In this document: positions 1 to 12,541 of the stretch, piece by piece | Numbering within the stretch: the first letter of the stretch is position 1 | Layout of the letters: each line of letters begins with the position of its first letter | Assembly (NCBI GenBank): GCA_013265495.1 | Contig: MU058824.1 | Location: 1,267,111-1,331,110 of the forward strand | Direction of reading: 5' to 3' | DNA length: 64,000 nucleotides | Source: Vicugna vicugna | Lineage: Eukaryota | Program-made: the position numbers and the translations under genes | Notes under the pieces: model-generated | What the model was told of the DNA's origin: nothing | Seen by the model: only the letters and a program-made list of their open reading frames with translations | Database searches by the model: none

Positions 1-152
1 ATTACTTATAATACCTAATATAATGTAGATGCTATATAAAGAGTTGCCAGACGTGACAAATCCAAGTTTGGCTTAAAATTTTTTTTCAATATTTTCTATC
101 CAAGGCTGGTTAAATCTGTGGACACAGAACCCATGGACACAAAGGGCTGATA
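1..152. mobile_element. MER2/Tigger-like DNA transposon fragment (one end)
   Basis: attacttataatacctaata...gctggttaaatctgtggacacagaacccatggacacaaagggctga resembles the MER2/Tigger terminal region; recognised from memory. Confidence 0.7.
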
Positions 153-1512
153 TATACAGATAGTGTATATCTAGGAAAGCATAAGGGTCAGGTGGGAGGG
201 AACTACCGCTGAGTAGGAAAATCAATCCTCCATTAGGGATGAAGGGGAACCTTGAGGGCCTGGATTTGCCAAAGAGGAGGGCAGGGATTTGGGAAAGAAG
301 GAGGATTCTTGGGTGGGGAAGAGGGGGAGGGGTGGGGGCAGACAAGGCCCAAGGGCTCTTCAAATGGAGATACCAATCCTTACATTTTAGGCTATCTGTG
401 TTTTGCTTTAGAATCAACCCACCTAACACCCTAAGCCTCCAATAGTTTGGGGAAGACCAAGAGGCTCTGTGAAATGACTTTTGCTTGTTTGTTTTAGGGC
501 TTGACTATTTGGGTGTTTTGAGTGATTTTAATAGAAATCAAGGAAAGGGCTCCCCCCCCCCCGGATGTAGCACAGAAGAGACAGTGAAACGACCCAGCAA
601 GAGAGGCCACTCAGCAGGAGACATCAGCTCTAGAAGGACCTCCCAGATAATTGCAGAAGCCTTGGGGAGGGCACTGAATTCTCCCCAGGATATGGATGGC
701 GGGGGTTCAGGCCACACTGGGGACTGCAGGGGCAGCGGCCCCAGCAGACATCTGGTTTGCACAGCTGTGGAAGTAGAAGTCTCAATCTCTATGTCAGCTT
801 ACACAGAGTGCCCCAGTTTGCAAAGCAGTTTCACACGCATCACCTTTTATAAGCCACCACAAAAGCTGGTGATGTGCTATCAGAGAAGAGGATCAGAAGC
901 TCAGAGTGGTGTGTAGCAGAGATGGGGGTGGAGGCCTAAGGTCAGAGCTCTTTCCTCTCTCCCCACCTGTCAACAGATGTAGAAGATGCAATGGGGGTTC
1001 ACTGCACAGGCTGCAGGAGGAGGCTTCCTTCCATGGACTGACTCTGGGGACTTGCAGAAATAAGGTAGCTTCTTTGTGTGTTCCTGATCTCTACATGGGG
1101 CCAGAGAGACTGAAACCAGTCACATATCCTCCTCATGCACCAGTTTACCCATTAGCACAAGGATAGGTCTCTCTAGGCTCCTCCCATTCTGGGAAATGAG
1201 ATCATGTAAATAAAAGCAGACCCAAAGCACCATACAGACATCAATCAATTTGTTACCTATGATTCTACGATTTCCATTACACATATTTCTGATGCATAAG
1301 AGTGGAAGCTGCCACTGCACTGGACAAATCTCCCTGCACAACCCAATTAATGTAGTAGCAACTTCTCAGGAATGTAAAGTTCTCTTCCATTCTACTTTGA
1401 CACACTCTAGCTCTGTGCTTTAGGAGCACAAAGGATTCCAAACCAACCCAACTTAGTTTCAACGGGGGTGTCTGGGCAGGAACCTCACTCTAGGGCAGTG
1501 GTGGATACACAC

Positions 1513-1578
1513 CGGAGGCCCGACCAGCTCAGGAATGTCCGAGAGATTCATGAATCCATGCGTGATGTTGACCAAAGA
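1513..1578 (-). CDS. COL15A1: COL15A1 exon 22 (66 bp)
   Basis: ctcttttcag|TCT...CCG|gtgtgt; SLVNITHGFMNLSDIPELVGPP. Confidence 0.95.
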
Positions 1579-1819
1579 CTGAAAAGAGAAAAAAAATCAG
1601 ACAGTGAGACAGAAGGTAGCCTGTGTTCCTCCTTGTTCCTGGCAGTGAGGCTGTACCTGAAGCACCTGCATGGCGGACAAAGGCAGACACTGGTAACACC
1701 CCAACTCACTTTCAACACACCCTCCCACTCCTCGTACCATAACCCCAGGCCGCCTTACCACTGTCCTCTTACGATTAGTCTCAAAATTGCACCATACATT
1801 AATGCCTTCTTTCTTTTAC

Positions 1820-2170
1820 AATTCTAAAGATACATTTATATATTTAAAATACACGTGCCAACAGAAAAGTGTGGTTGGGGTGTGTGTGTGTTTGTCCACA
1901 TGGTTATTTTATACCCATGGCATCAGGTTGCATGTATCAATCTTCAGCTTGCTTTTTTCACGCAATCATACAGCATGTAGGTCTTTGCACGTAGAATTTT
2001 TGGATACGAACATTTTTAGTTCTAACAGATTGCTGTCAAGGGGCTGTACCACTTATATTTCCAACAAAGCATATGAGATTATCTCTTTCAACACACTTTT
2101 ACCTACACTTGCTATCTTTTAGTCATACTTAAAAGAAAAAACACTAATCATTGTTTTTTCCAGTTATTTG
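1820..2170 (-). mobile_element. Old L1M remnant
   Basis: AT-rich; gcttgctttttcacgcaatcata...ggggctgtaccactta...atgagattatctctttcaacacac motifs. Confidence 0.5.
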
Positions 2171-2833
2171 GGACTTTTTGTCTGTCATCTACCAGCATGA
2201 GATCATTCCTTTCAGAAGGGCCACAATTTTTCACTATCATTAACAATGTGATGTTCTAATATTCAGTGGACTGTGATCTGGTCCCAGCCCATAACCCAGG
2301 CTGCTCTACAAATTTCCATTACTTTCCACCCAACCTGGTGTCCGACAGCTCCCTGTGCCTTGGACACACCCATGTTTTTCTATTCTGTGCTTTGGCTCAG
2401 AGTCCTGACCGTCTGAATCCTGGAAGTCCTGTTATCCATGCTTACTTGGTAAAATCCTTCTTAGCTTTCAAGTTCCTGCTCAAAGACACTTCTTCCAGAA
2501 AGTCTTCCTCGATTTCCCATATCCTAAACCATCTTTCCTCCCTGTTTCCCCCACTTATATTCCTTGCTTCTTGGTTACAGTTCTGTTAACACTCATTCTT
2601 CTGACTGTAAATGCTGTCAACCAGAAGAGAGAAGCGTTATGTGAGACAATAGTGTACTGGGTAGGAACAGACAGGTAGGCCATGCTGGGAGGTGAAAACT
2701 CTGATGCTTGATGCCAGCTACATGCCTTCTACATCACCAGTAGCCCTGCAGGCCCTGGAGTTGTGGACAACTTTCTCTCCCCTTTAGCCAAGGCAGAAAA
2801 CACACGGCCACACTCTGACATGGTGATACTCAC

Positions 2834-2917
2834 ACTAGACAAGACCTCGATGCGCCCTGGTGGCCCCCTGGGGCCAGGGGGTCCTACAATGCTGGCTCCA
2901 TCCATCCCTCTGTCGCC
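2834..2917 (-). CDS. COL15A1: COL15A1 exon 21 (84 bp)
   Basis: gtatccag|GGC...AGT|gtgagt; GDRGMDGASIVGPPGPRGPPGRIEVLSS. Confidence 0.96.
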
Positions 2918-3023
2918 CTGGATACAGCAGTGAGAATGGGGAAAAAAATTCACTGTATGTGATAATGCTTCTAGAACCAGGCTGTAAATTTTTCTCGCCC
3001 CCTCCTCAGATTTGTAACCTCAC

Positions 3024-3059
3024 CTTAGGTCCCTGGTCTCCTTTTTCTCCTTTGGGACC
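3024..3059 (-). CDS. COL15A1: COL15A1 exon 20 (36 bp), collagenous
   Basis: gttttaccag|GGT...AAG|gtgagg; GPKGEKGDQGPK. Confidence 0.96.
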
Positions 3060-3864
3060 CTGGTAAAACAAACAATCAAATAAGTATGCTTTGGGTTTTT
3101 TCTACTCACTTGGCTCACTCTCCATCTATCCTCCCATCTTACCATTTCTCCCTAAGCTCCCCCAAGGATTTTGTCCCAGATAATGGGAGCAAAAGATGAG
3201 GGGCAAATTCCCCTTTCAGAGTCAGAAGGGGATAGAACATCCCAGAGAGAGTGAGAGGACCAGAGGCCCTCTCCCAGCATGGGATGAGTGCCCCTCTTAA
3301 CCCTGAACCTTAGAGCCCTCTGCTTCTGGAGGATGGGGGAAGGTCTTTGTACTCAATCATGGAGGGGGCTGTGCTGCTTCCCTCTGTGAGGCTCTGCTCC
3401 TCCTGGACTGGTGTGCTCAGCTCTAGGTACCACTTGACAAAGATAGTGAGATCCTGGGGTTTGGTCCTCTTGAGAGCAGTTAGCAGAGCAGAAGATGGAC
3501 CACACCTCCCCAGGGCTGGATGCAATGGGAAGGGACACCTGTCAGGAGGACAGGGCTTTGAAATGGGGCAAAGTGCGAGTCCTGAATGGGGCAACAGGAA
3601 GAAAGCAATGAAGCAGAGATGCTGGATGGCACAGGATTGGAGAGGGAGGGATATAAAGATGGTTTTCAAGTTTTCCCACAAGATGTTTTGTGCAAAACCT
3701 CTGTGCTGCTCCTCAAAGAAGCAAGCTGTAAAAAGCAATGGCCTCCCCACTGCAAGGCTGGAAGCTGGAAGCACAGAGAGGGTGAATTATTGAGAATCGC
3801 AGAGCCAGGATGGCACCCCTCAGCTTCCTCAATCCAGGATGACAGTCCTCAAAAGTCAACGTAC

Positions 3865-3933
3865 ACTTGAAGCCGTTGGTCCAGAGATTCTGGGTTCATG
3901 CAACAGCCTGATGCTTCCAGAGCCTTCAGTATC
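3865..3933 (-). CDS. COL15A1: COL15A1 exon 19 (69 bp), non-collagenous interruption
   Basis: ttctctag|GAT...AGT|gtacgt; DTEGSGSIRLLHEPRISGPTASS. Confidence 0.94.
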
Positions 3934-4123
3934 CTAGAGAAGGAAGAAGAATGAGGATTTCAGATCCGATTCAGATCCTACTTGTGCTGGGTGTGGTGCT
4001 GGGAGCTGGGGCTCAGTAAGGAATCAGCACCACCTTGGCCCTCAGACCCGCGTTCAGTTAGCTGGTCTTTCCAGGAATCCTTGGAGCACGTTGCTTTTTA
4101 ATCACAGAAAGGGGGAAAAGTAC

Positions 4124-4264
4124 CTCAAATCCAAGTCCCGTTGCACATCCAGGGCCTGGGGGCCCTGGGGGTCCAGGAGGCCCTGGGGGTCCCATGACCC
4201 CAGGAGTGCCAACTTGTCCGTTTTTCCCAGGGGGTCCTGGTAAGCCTCTGTTGCCAGGATCACC
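4124..4264 (-). CDS. COL15A1: COL15A1 exon 18 (141 bp), collagenous
   Basis: ttcttacag|GGT...GAG|gtactt; [47 protein letters not shown]. Confidence 0.97.
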
Positions 4265-4682
4265 CTGTAAGAAAGAGGACAGGCTGATTCTCCAGCCCTG
4301 GGTTCACTCATGGAAGGAATAACTTTCATGCTTGAGTCAGAAAAAGCATTCTTTGAACAATTAGTTGGATGGATTCTCTGATGTGTGCTGCTTAATTGTA
4401 CATAGACAGCGGTCTTGCCAAGTGATGTTTCACTTGGAGATAAGCTGACGGCGCTCATTGAACGCACTTGGGTGGAGGGGGTGAGAAAGGAGAAAACTTG
4501 GCAGGTTATTGACTCCCCTTCAGCTCCAGCTGCTCTGCCTTCCCCAAGCAGTTCCTTCCAGATGTGCTTCTCTCTACTTCACGACACTGATACGTTCAGT
4601 ACCCCAGCCCAACAGTCCAACTGTACTAAACCCAGAGAGAGGGGAGGAAGGAGGAAAAAGTCTTTTCTTTGTCTTGTTTTAC

Positions 4683-4718
4683 CTTTTCACCAACTGAGCC
4701 ATTAGGTCCTCTTTCTCC
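4683..4718 (-). CDS. COL15A1: COL15A1 exon 17 (36 bp), collagenous
   Basis: cttttttcag|GGA...AAG|gtaaaa; GERGPNGSVGEK. Confidence 0.95.
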
Positions 4719-6539
4719 CTGAAAAAAGAAAGGGGGGCAATGAATATATATTCCATTAGGTATGTTCAGAAGAAAATGCAGAATTATAGACTTTTAAGGA
4801 ACAGGACATTAAAATGGGACCCTTCCTGCTCAGTTCTGGCTGGTGTCTCAAAGCTGAGCCACTACGGTAAATGTCAATTTGCTTGGCAGGTCAGGCTGAA
4901 AGTTTGTGAAACCCATTGTTCAACTATTAGCTCATTATCTACTTCAAGAGTGAAAAAGAGAAGTTGCAGATTAACCGGGGAGAGATTGTAGAGGAAGAAT
5001 TCCCTTGGAGTGTTGCCAGGGTACCAGGCAGACCATCTCCCCATCCTCCTGTGGATGGAGGTAAAGGGGTGTGTCCCCTCCTTGAAGCCCGGGGAACGGA
5101 CTTCAAGAACTCTGTATGTATTCCGGGGGCTTTTGGAGATATGTGGAATGATGGCTGTCTCTCATCTGGAAAATTCTAAAGACTGAAAGCTGGCTGGAGC
5201 AGCCCCAGAATGGGGTGGAGGGGTATTGCTCTAAAACAGGTTGTATGTCCACCCCCAATGTGGGCCACTGTACAAGTTTCCCTTGGGATTAGATGTGGAT
5301 CCCACAGAAAGGAGCTAGCTATGAGCTCAGAGCAAAGAGAAGGACCCCTGGGGGCTGATGGTCAGGGGTGGTCGCCCACAGCAGACACTGCCCTACATGC
5401 AGTTGGGGGCCCCAGGTGGAGAATCTCCAAGGAAACCACAGAAGCACCCATAAGAGAAGGAGCCAGCAATCGCACGGCCACAAAGAAGGTCCTGATACCA
5501 CGATACACCTGCCACCTAAGGCGGTACCTTCTCCCAAACCCTTCTTTCCCTGAGCCAGATTCCCCTTCCTACAGCAAATCCATAGAAATGAGGGTGGACA
5601 GTTCCAAAACAGTCATGCTCAAACAAAAGATGGTGAGTGACACTGACCCTGAATCAGTGAGGAATGCCAAAGGGAAAGCCTGGGAAGGTGAAGCCAGAGG
5701 CTTCAGTTGTGGAGAGAAATTAGGCAAAGGGGTAGTTGAAAACAGAGCAGATGTGGCTCTGACAGGGAGATAGGTGGAGTTTAGGAGCTGGACAGCCATG
5801 GAGCCCTGCCCATCTCCCATCACCTTCCGCTCCGAGTACAAGAGCGAAGGGATGGGGCAGAGCCCCAGGTGGCTGACCCTGGGAGGTCCAGGCAGGGGCA
5901 CCCCAAACTAAGCTCAGCTGTTGACATGCCCTGCCTGACAGCACATCCTACTCCTCCCATCCCCTTCCTGAAACCTGCACGTCTCAGGAGCAGCTACTGC
6001 CCCACCCCCAGTAATCTGCACAAACAGAAGCAGAAAACAGATGAAAGAGGGAGAGATTCCAATTTCAAAAGAAAACACACAAGCAAGGAACACTACACAT
6101 CTGAGGAAAGGCAATGCTCCAAAAGAGAAATAACGCCAACAGTGGAGTGCACGTACGCCTGAGGAAGCTGTGAAGAACACGATCCAGTCAGGACTCTAAT
6201 ACTCCATGTTCTCAGGGAGAGAAGGGAGCATATTACAGCCTTGAAACAAGGACAAACTATTATGAAATAAGAACAGTGGTTACAGAAGAGAATCAATTAG
6301 AGAGCTTAGAGATAAAAATAAGTAACTGTTGAGAGGAAGTCTTCTGCTGAAGGGCTGGATCACAGAAAAGACACATCTGAAGAGGGAACTACAGAATCGG
6401 GCTACAGATGCCCCGGATATTATGGACGATGGGAGAAGAAGGGGTGTCTGGAGAAGGAAGTCTGGTGCTGGGCCCCGTTGCTGGCCTGACCTGGGAGAAA
6501 CTTCCACCCAGGGTAGAAACAAAAAGAAGTAGGTTCCAG

Positions 6540-8380
6540 CTTTGCTGCCCAGTCCAGAGGCTACAAGCTGCTGTGTCTGCTCTCCTTGGGTGTGATCAAC
6601 CACACCATCATCTGCTGCCTGTTGCAATCGGTCCCTGAAGGAAGTGCCAACCTTATGCATTTATTCCAGTAAAAAGTCAAATCGTGGTCAGGGATATTGT
6701 GAAACAGAACTTAAATTAGCCTCATCTCTTGACTTCTCTACTCTATCCTCTGAAAATCTTATTATTGTGTTGTTGGCTCTATTCAAGAAAAATATGTTTG
6801 TAAGTGAAAAACTCTATCTTTTCAACTGCCTTTCCAACTCTTTTCAAATCAAGAGTACATCTTGAAGCAGTTTCCAAGGAAATTCTAGAAGATATCTTGG
6901 ACCTTGATTTAACCTGTCTCAGAAACAGATGATTTTGTCCAGTTTGTACCTGTGAAGAGATAATATTTGGACTCATTCCATTGGCTCACAGATTTGGTAG
7001 CCACCATTTTGGAATGTGAGCAGATAAGCTCAGGGATGGAAGGACTCATGTTACTGGGCTATACGTGAACAGGCAAACTGAAAAGTGGTGGCTCCAGTGA
7101 AGAGTCAGCAAAGACCCGGTAGCCAAAATGATGGTGGTAGACCTGTACTTCATTCCCCAGTGCGGGAACCATGTGGTGACACTATGCACCATGCTGGAAT
7201 TCCAACCAGCAGAGCTGCAAGTGTGGTTTTGATGCTGAAGTATGGAGAGACCAGTTCTACAGCCAAAACACTGAGAAAGAGCCGCATGTTGTAAATTCAC
7301 CTTTTAGAAGTCACTGGAAATTCCAGCTCATTATGGTAACTGGATTTGCTAAGAACAGTGGTACACTTCATCATCACACAACATCAAAAAACCTAATAAA
7401 TACCTGGATATATATATATTTTTTCTGTTGTGGTAGCTGAGATGGCACAATTTACTGCCTCGGGGATGTCTGCTGGTTTTGCTCATAGTGTTTGTTACAT
7501 TGATAACTTCAGTGTGTTACAATTACAACTGACTATGGTATATTTGGTTTTACGGAGGTTTATAATCCAGATTTTGTACCAAACACATTTGGTGATGAAA
7601 GAAGATATAAACTAGAAAATCAGGCCAATATTGGAGAGTTTAATTGAAACAAGTTGTTATAAGCTCTAAACCTATTTCTGGATCCTAGTTAACAGCAGTT
7701 TACCACTCAGGTAGTTGTAGGGGCAGGGAGGCAGGTACCACGTTCATTAGTACACAAGATTGAAAGAATTGCTTAAAGCCAAATTGGGATTACTTGGAGA
7801 AAGGGAAGGAGATGATGATTGACTTGCATTTCTCTGACATCTCATGGAGAAGCTGGTTTTACAATGCCAAACAATGACATTTCAGCTGTTTAATGAGATT
7901 ACTCACAGCCAGTTCCTGGGAGCTTAACATTCCTCAGCCATTCTGGGCACTGAATAAAATTTCAAAGCACAAACTATTTTCTGCATGGGTGTCCCAGCAC
8001 CTTTTAAGACTGAAGAGTAACATGAAAGAATTAGATGGTGAAAGAAGGAAAAGAATGACAACAATTAGTCCTCGATCTGTGCTGAAGAACTGGATGGTAG
8101 AATCTGCAGGGCAAAAGTAGAAAGGAATTTTTCAGAGGTTCATTCCTAGCAAGGTCTTCAGCATCCTTTGCAGAAGCATTCTACAGATGAGAAAGCAGGC
8201 TATTCTTTGCCTACCCTGTCACGGGCTAAAGTTCTCAGAGAAGTTGCTCATCTTAATTTGGGGAAAATAAATTAAGGAATATTTCTATCATCAAACTCAA
8301 CACAGAATCTCTTTGATAAATTCTTAATGACATCGCACTTTGATGACAATCCCACATTTGAAAATGATTATATATAAAGA
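6540..8380 (+). pseudogene. Processed pseudogene of a SelO-like (YdiU/SELENOO family) protein adenylyltransferase
   Basis: Collinear, intronless, frameshifted segments: KNSIFSTAFPTLFKSRVHLEAVSKEILEDILDLDL; IPLAHRFGSHHFGM*ADKLRDGRTH (from 6975); GGRPVLHSPVREPCGDTMHHAGIPTSRAAS; EVWRDQFY; MSAGFAHSVCYIDNFS (HSVCYIDN at 7484-7507); DYGIFGFTEVYNPDFVPNTFGDERRYKLENQANIG (from 7531); ERRKRMTTISPRSVLKNWMVESA; terminal SCSS* (stop 8254-8256) and AATAAA at 8266-8271. Outer boundaries approximate. Confidence 0.93.
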
Positions 8381-10514
8381 TATTTTTTTCCATCCACATA
8401 AACTGGATCTTATTCTTTGGGGAAAATATGTGCCCTGCAGATGAGAAGAGAGGCTGATGTCCTGGTGGCATGAGGCACGACCTCCCTGCAAGTGTCCGTG
8501 CAATGGAGGAAGGTACTGCTGGGCAGGAAATGCGTCCCATGTCACTGGAGGTGTGAAGAAGAGATTGTGGGAGAGAGCCAAGGATCAAATGCATCACTGA
8601 ATTTTACGTTGTGTGACATCCATGAGGTTATTCATTTTCTTCAGCACGTTTTTGTCATGATTTCACATCCAGACTTTCCTTCTTGGTTTTTTGGGGGGCT
8701 GGTGGGTAAATGTCATATGCAAGGTTTCTTTCCAGCTCTCCAGATGCAGTTTCCAAGTCCTTCTAGGGTCTGCTTTTCCTTGACCAGAAAACATCATATG
8801 CACACAGGGCAACATATCACACCAAAGTTCAGGGGGGAAAATGTGATTTATCTCCCACAATTATCCTGGGCAAGCATGCTGCCCTCCTCACGACTGAGTC
8901 TCTGAGCAGCTGCAGAGTGCACCTGAGCGGGTGTTAGTGTGCCAGTGTGGGTGTGGGTACTTTTAAGTCTGCACGGCCCGAGACGGGTGTGTGAAAGCGT
9001 GGTGGAGGGGGAATCACGTAATGTGATGTTTCCTGCCAATTTTAGTTTCTTATGAAAAAGTTAGTATATATGAGTCCTATAAAGCTCGACAATAGTTTCT
9101 TCTTTTTCTGAGAAATGAGCTTTCCACGAAAATCGAGCTGCAGTTTCAATTATAATAAACACACTTGAGAGCTGATGGGAAATGGAAATTCAGTTCAGTG
9201 ATGATGGCAGTGTCTAGGGAGTCAGTATTTTCCACAACTTCGTCCAGGTGGGGTACACAGAAGGCCTCCACTCCCTCTCCCAGCTGGGACGGACCCCCCT
9301 CCTCTGAGCTCCAGTAAAGCTCATGACTGCATCTCTAGAAGGAAGCTCACTTTATCTTTATTGCCCATCTTTGCAGGACACGGCTTATCTCATCAACCAG
9401 GCTGGGAGCACTGCAGGGGCAGGAACCCCACCCCCACAGCACCACGTGGGCTTAGCAGACAGAAGATGAGGAGGGCTTACAGAGAATGAAGACACTGAAG
9501 GCCTCCGAGACTCCAGGAGTGGAGGATTAAAGTGGCACCTGAAGGAAGTTTCATTCATTCATCAGACACTCACAGAGGCCTGTGCTGGGTCCTGAGGACA
9601 CACTGACAGTACCAGTGCTCCGCTTGTCAGGGTAGGGGTGGGGAGCAGAGCTAACAGCCTTAGCATCCCTGGCTAAGAGGGGTCCCAGCAGAATCAATCC
9701 TGTATTAATGGGAAGTGGAGGAGGGAGGGGTGCTTTCTGCTCATAAGGGTCCAGGAGCGCTTCCCAGAGGATATATCTGAGCTGGGCCTCGGAGGATGAG
9801 GAAAGAGAAAGGACATTCTAGACAGAGAGGAAACCATGGTCAGAGGCCAGGAGGTTGTGCAAGAAGAGTGTGCCTGGAGCCTTTCAGTAGGACTGGCTGG
9901 CTGGCCCGAGGCCACGGGAAGAAGCAGTGGGAGGTGGAACTGAAAATGTAGGCTGGAAGGGCCTCGAAGGTCTGCACAGGGTGAGGGTGCAGCCCTGCAG
10001 GCAGGCAGGTGGCTCAGATCTTCTCTCAGTGGAGAGGGAGTGAGTGATGAGAGACTGCTCTAGCAAATTTCACTGGCCAGGTGGGTGGAGGCTGGATCGT
10101 GGGTGGGGAGAAAGAGGTACTGGCAAGGAGCCTGATGCCACACTGCAGGCAAGGAGAGATGAAGGTCAGGTGGGGGCGGGGAGAGAGGTAAGAGATGTGC
10201 ACATCCCGACTGGCCAGTCTTGGCAACGCACAGATTGTGGCAGGAAGAGAGAGGAGGGAGGAGTTACTGAAGACCCTGCTTTTGAGTCCAGACAACTAGG
10301 CGAATCATGGTGCCATTCTCTGAAGCTGGGAACATGCAGCTGTGGGCTGGGGAAAATGCTGAGTTCAGGTTTGGGCGTAAAGAGCCCCAGGACGGAGACT
10401 TCCAGCAGAGAGGATCCGGATAGGATCAGAGGCAAGGTCAGGCTTAAAGGTCAGAGAGGGGGTGGGCAGGCCTGGTGGTTCCCTTGTGTTGGAACCCTCC
10501 CCTCTTCCCAGTAC

Positions 10515-10577
10515 CTTCTCCCCTTTCATTCCAGGATGGCCGGAGGCTCCATTAAGTCCAGGCTTCCCTTCAGGGCC
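10515..10577 (-). CDS. COL15A1: COL15A1 exon 16 (63 bp), collagenous
   Basis: gttcttcag|GGC...AAG|gtactg; GPEGKPGLNGASGHPGMKGEK. Confidence 0.96.
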
Positions 10578-11146
10578 CTGAAGAACATCAAGGACAATCA
10601 GCCCACAACATCTCTGATAAGAATCAAACAGGAACCCTTTTTGGAAAAGCAGGTGAGGGCTGGGATGACCCAGCGGGTGAGGTGGGTGGGTCCAGAGCCT
10701 TTTTGGCCCCTGGCAGAGCGCCTGGCCCAGCCCCCGCGCAGCCACTGCTGGCTGTGCACCTGTAGATGAGTGTCTTTTACTCTCTGGGGCACATTTTCTC
10801 TTCTGCAGGGACTCAGGGGGCAGGGCTGGACAAGATGGCCCCTGGGGGCTTCTTACCCCAGGCCCAGCACTGATGTCCTGTGATTCCAAGATTCTGCATG
10901 AGCCTGCATTTCCTACATTGACTAAGATAAAGCAGCGAAACAACATGTAGTGTGACGTTTTTCTTGGCTTTGTTTCTTAGGAGCCTTAGTAATGTCTCAG
11001 CTGAGGAGGGTTTTTGTTTACAAATACTAGCTAGCCGCTCATCCCCCGCTGTGAGGCTTAGTGCTGGGGTCTGCAGTCTGTACGCCCTCCCTGGCTAAAG
11101 GAAGCCCCATGGGCACAGGGAAGGGGAGATGACTTCAGCAGCTCAC

Positions 11147-11272
11147 CGGGGGACCAGGTTCACCAGCAGGTCCATCCTCTCCAGGAGATCCAGGGGGTCC
11201 AATGAAAACATCGGTTCCTGGTTTTCCTGGAATCCCAGGTAAGCCAGGTGGGCCCGGGGGGCCTGGGGGACC
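11147..11272 (-). CDS. COL15A1: COL15A1 exon 15 (126 bp), collagenous
   Basis: gtcttttag|GGT...CCG|gtgagc; [42 protein letters not shown]. Confidence 0.97.
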
Positions 11273-11329
11273 CTAAAAGACAGACACCCTGTTAAAAAAC
11301 AGTGTGAGAGGGGATAAATATATATGTTC

Positions 11330-11490
11330 CATTCATTCTTTTCATTCCTGACAACAACTCTGCAAGTAGGGGCTGGTGTTCCCACTTAGAAGATGGGGAA
11401 ACTGAGGCTCAGTGAGATGATGTGACTTGCTCAAGGGCTCACATGCACAGCTAATTAGCAGGTCTGGGATTTGAATCCAGGTCTTTTTAA
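11330..11490 (-). mobile_element. MIR SINE (one of many; others near 24140-24330, 26520-26720, 28030-28220, 47090-47220, 47560-47790, 56000-56170, 59540-59660)
   Basis: MIR core gatggggaaactgaggctcagtgagatgatgtgacttgctcaaggg...ctgggatttgaatccagg. Confidence 0.75.
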
Positions 11491-12448
11491 GCCCATTATA
11501 TCATGTTTTCTCCCTAGACGCATGTATACAATAAAAATCCAATTCGGTGGAATTCTCAGAGAAGCTCTTATTTAGTTTTTTGATTACCTTAGAAGTCAGT
11601 CCCAAACTGCCTATTGTTAACTCTTGTTTAAAATATCTCTGCAATGTACTAGTCTCTTTTGCCTCTGGCTGGGCTGGCTGATCCCACCAGCTTGGAAGTC
11701 CCAACGGGGTCCCGCTCCACTCATCCAGTGAGTCCTGAACCCTTCCAGCCCTGTCACAAGGGGGCAGAAGGGCAGCTGAGTAGGTGTCTAGGTGGGGATT
11801 CAGCACAAGGGCACAGAGGAAGGGGTGGAGATGAGTGTGGGGCCCTGGGGACAGAGGTACGAGCCACAGCTGGAAGAGAGAGGTGCCCCCAGGGGGAGCT
11901 TTAGGGGGACCAGTAGGGGCCCAGCCTTGGGCAAGAGGCTGGGAGAGCAAGAGGTGTGAAAGGGGCTGAAAGAGTGGTCTGGAGAGGGTGGAAGGAGGCT
12001 GCCTCAGGGTAGGGAGGGTTTCAAGGAGGATCCGGAAGCCACAGTGTGAAATGCTATCTAGATGGGAGGCCAGCAGGTCTCTGGAATGGGTAAAGGGTAG
12101 GGGACAGAGCCAGAGTGTAGAGGTGAAGGTCATGGGTGTATGTGCTGTGGAACAGCCTGCTGGAGACGGCTGCCAGGGGAAGGAGGCAGGTGGCAATATG
12201 GGGGTCCTGACTATAAGTCAAGGCTCAGTCTCACTTAAAATAACACCGATCAAAGTGGAAAATGCCAAACATGCACAAACATAGAGGGAAAAGTCCAGTG
12301 AATCCCAGGAGCTCACCATTAGCCTCAACCGTCATTAGCATTAGCAACATGGCCAATCGAATTTCATCTGTTACCGTCCCACTCCCTCCCTCCTGCGTCC
12401 TCCGGAAGCCTGCCCCAGACGCCAGGCCACTTCACCCTTCACACTCAC

Positions 12449-12541
12449 TCTTAACAGCTCCTCACTGCGCACCAGGTCCCCAGAGCCAGAGCCAACATCC
12501 AAGCCCCAGCCCAGGCCAGAGCCTTCAGCCTCTGCTCCCAC
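12449..12541 (-). CDS. COL15A1: COL15A1 exon 14 (93 bp)
   Basis: ctctctgcag|GTG...AGA|gtgagt; VGAEAEGSGLGWGLDVGSGSGDLVRSEELLR. Confidence 0.97.

Noticed and set aside
5980..6500. Purine-rich stretch upstream of the SelO-like retrocopy, as L1 ORF1/HAL1 remnant or retrocopy 5'UTR
   Set aside because: Composition is suggestive but I could not match specific motifs; needs RepeatMasker.
10044..12196. Long ORFs 10044..10769(+), 10365..10946(-) and 11501..12196(-)
   Set aside because: GC-rich intron or L2-like sequence with no recognisable protein similarity apart from the embedded exon 16.
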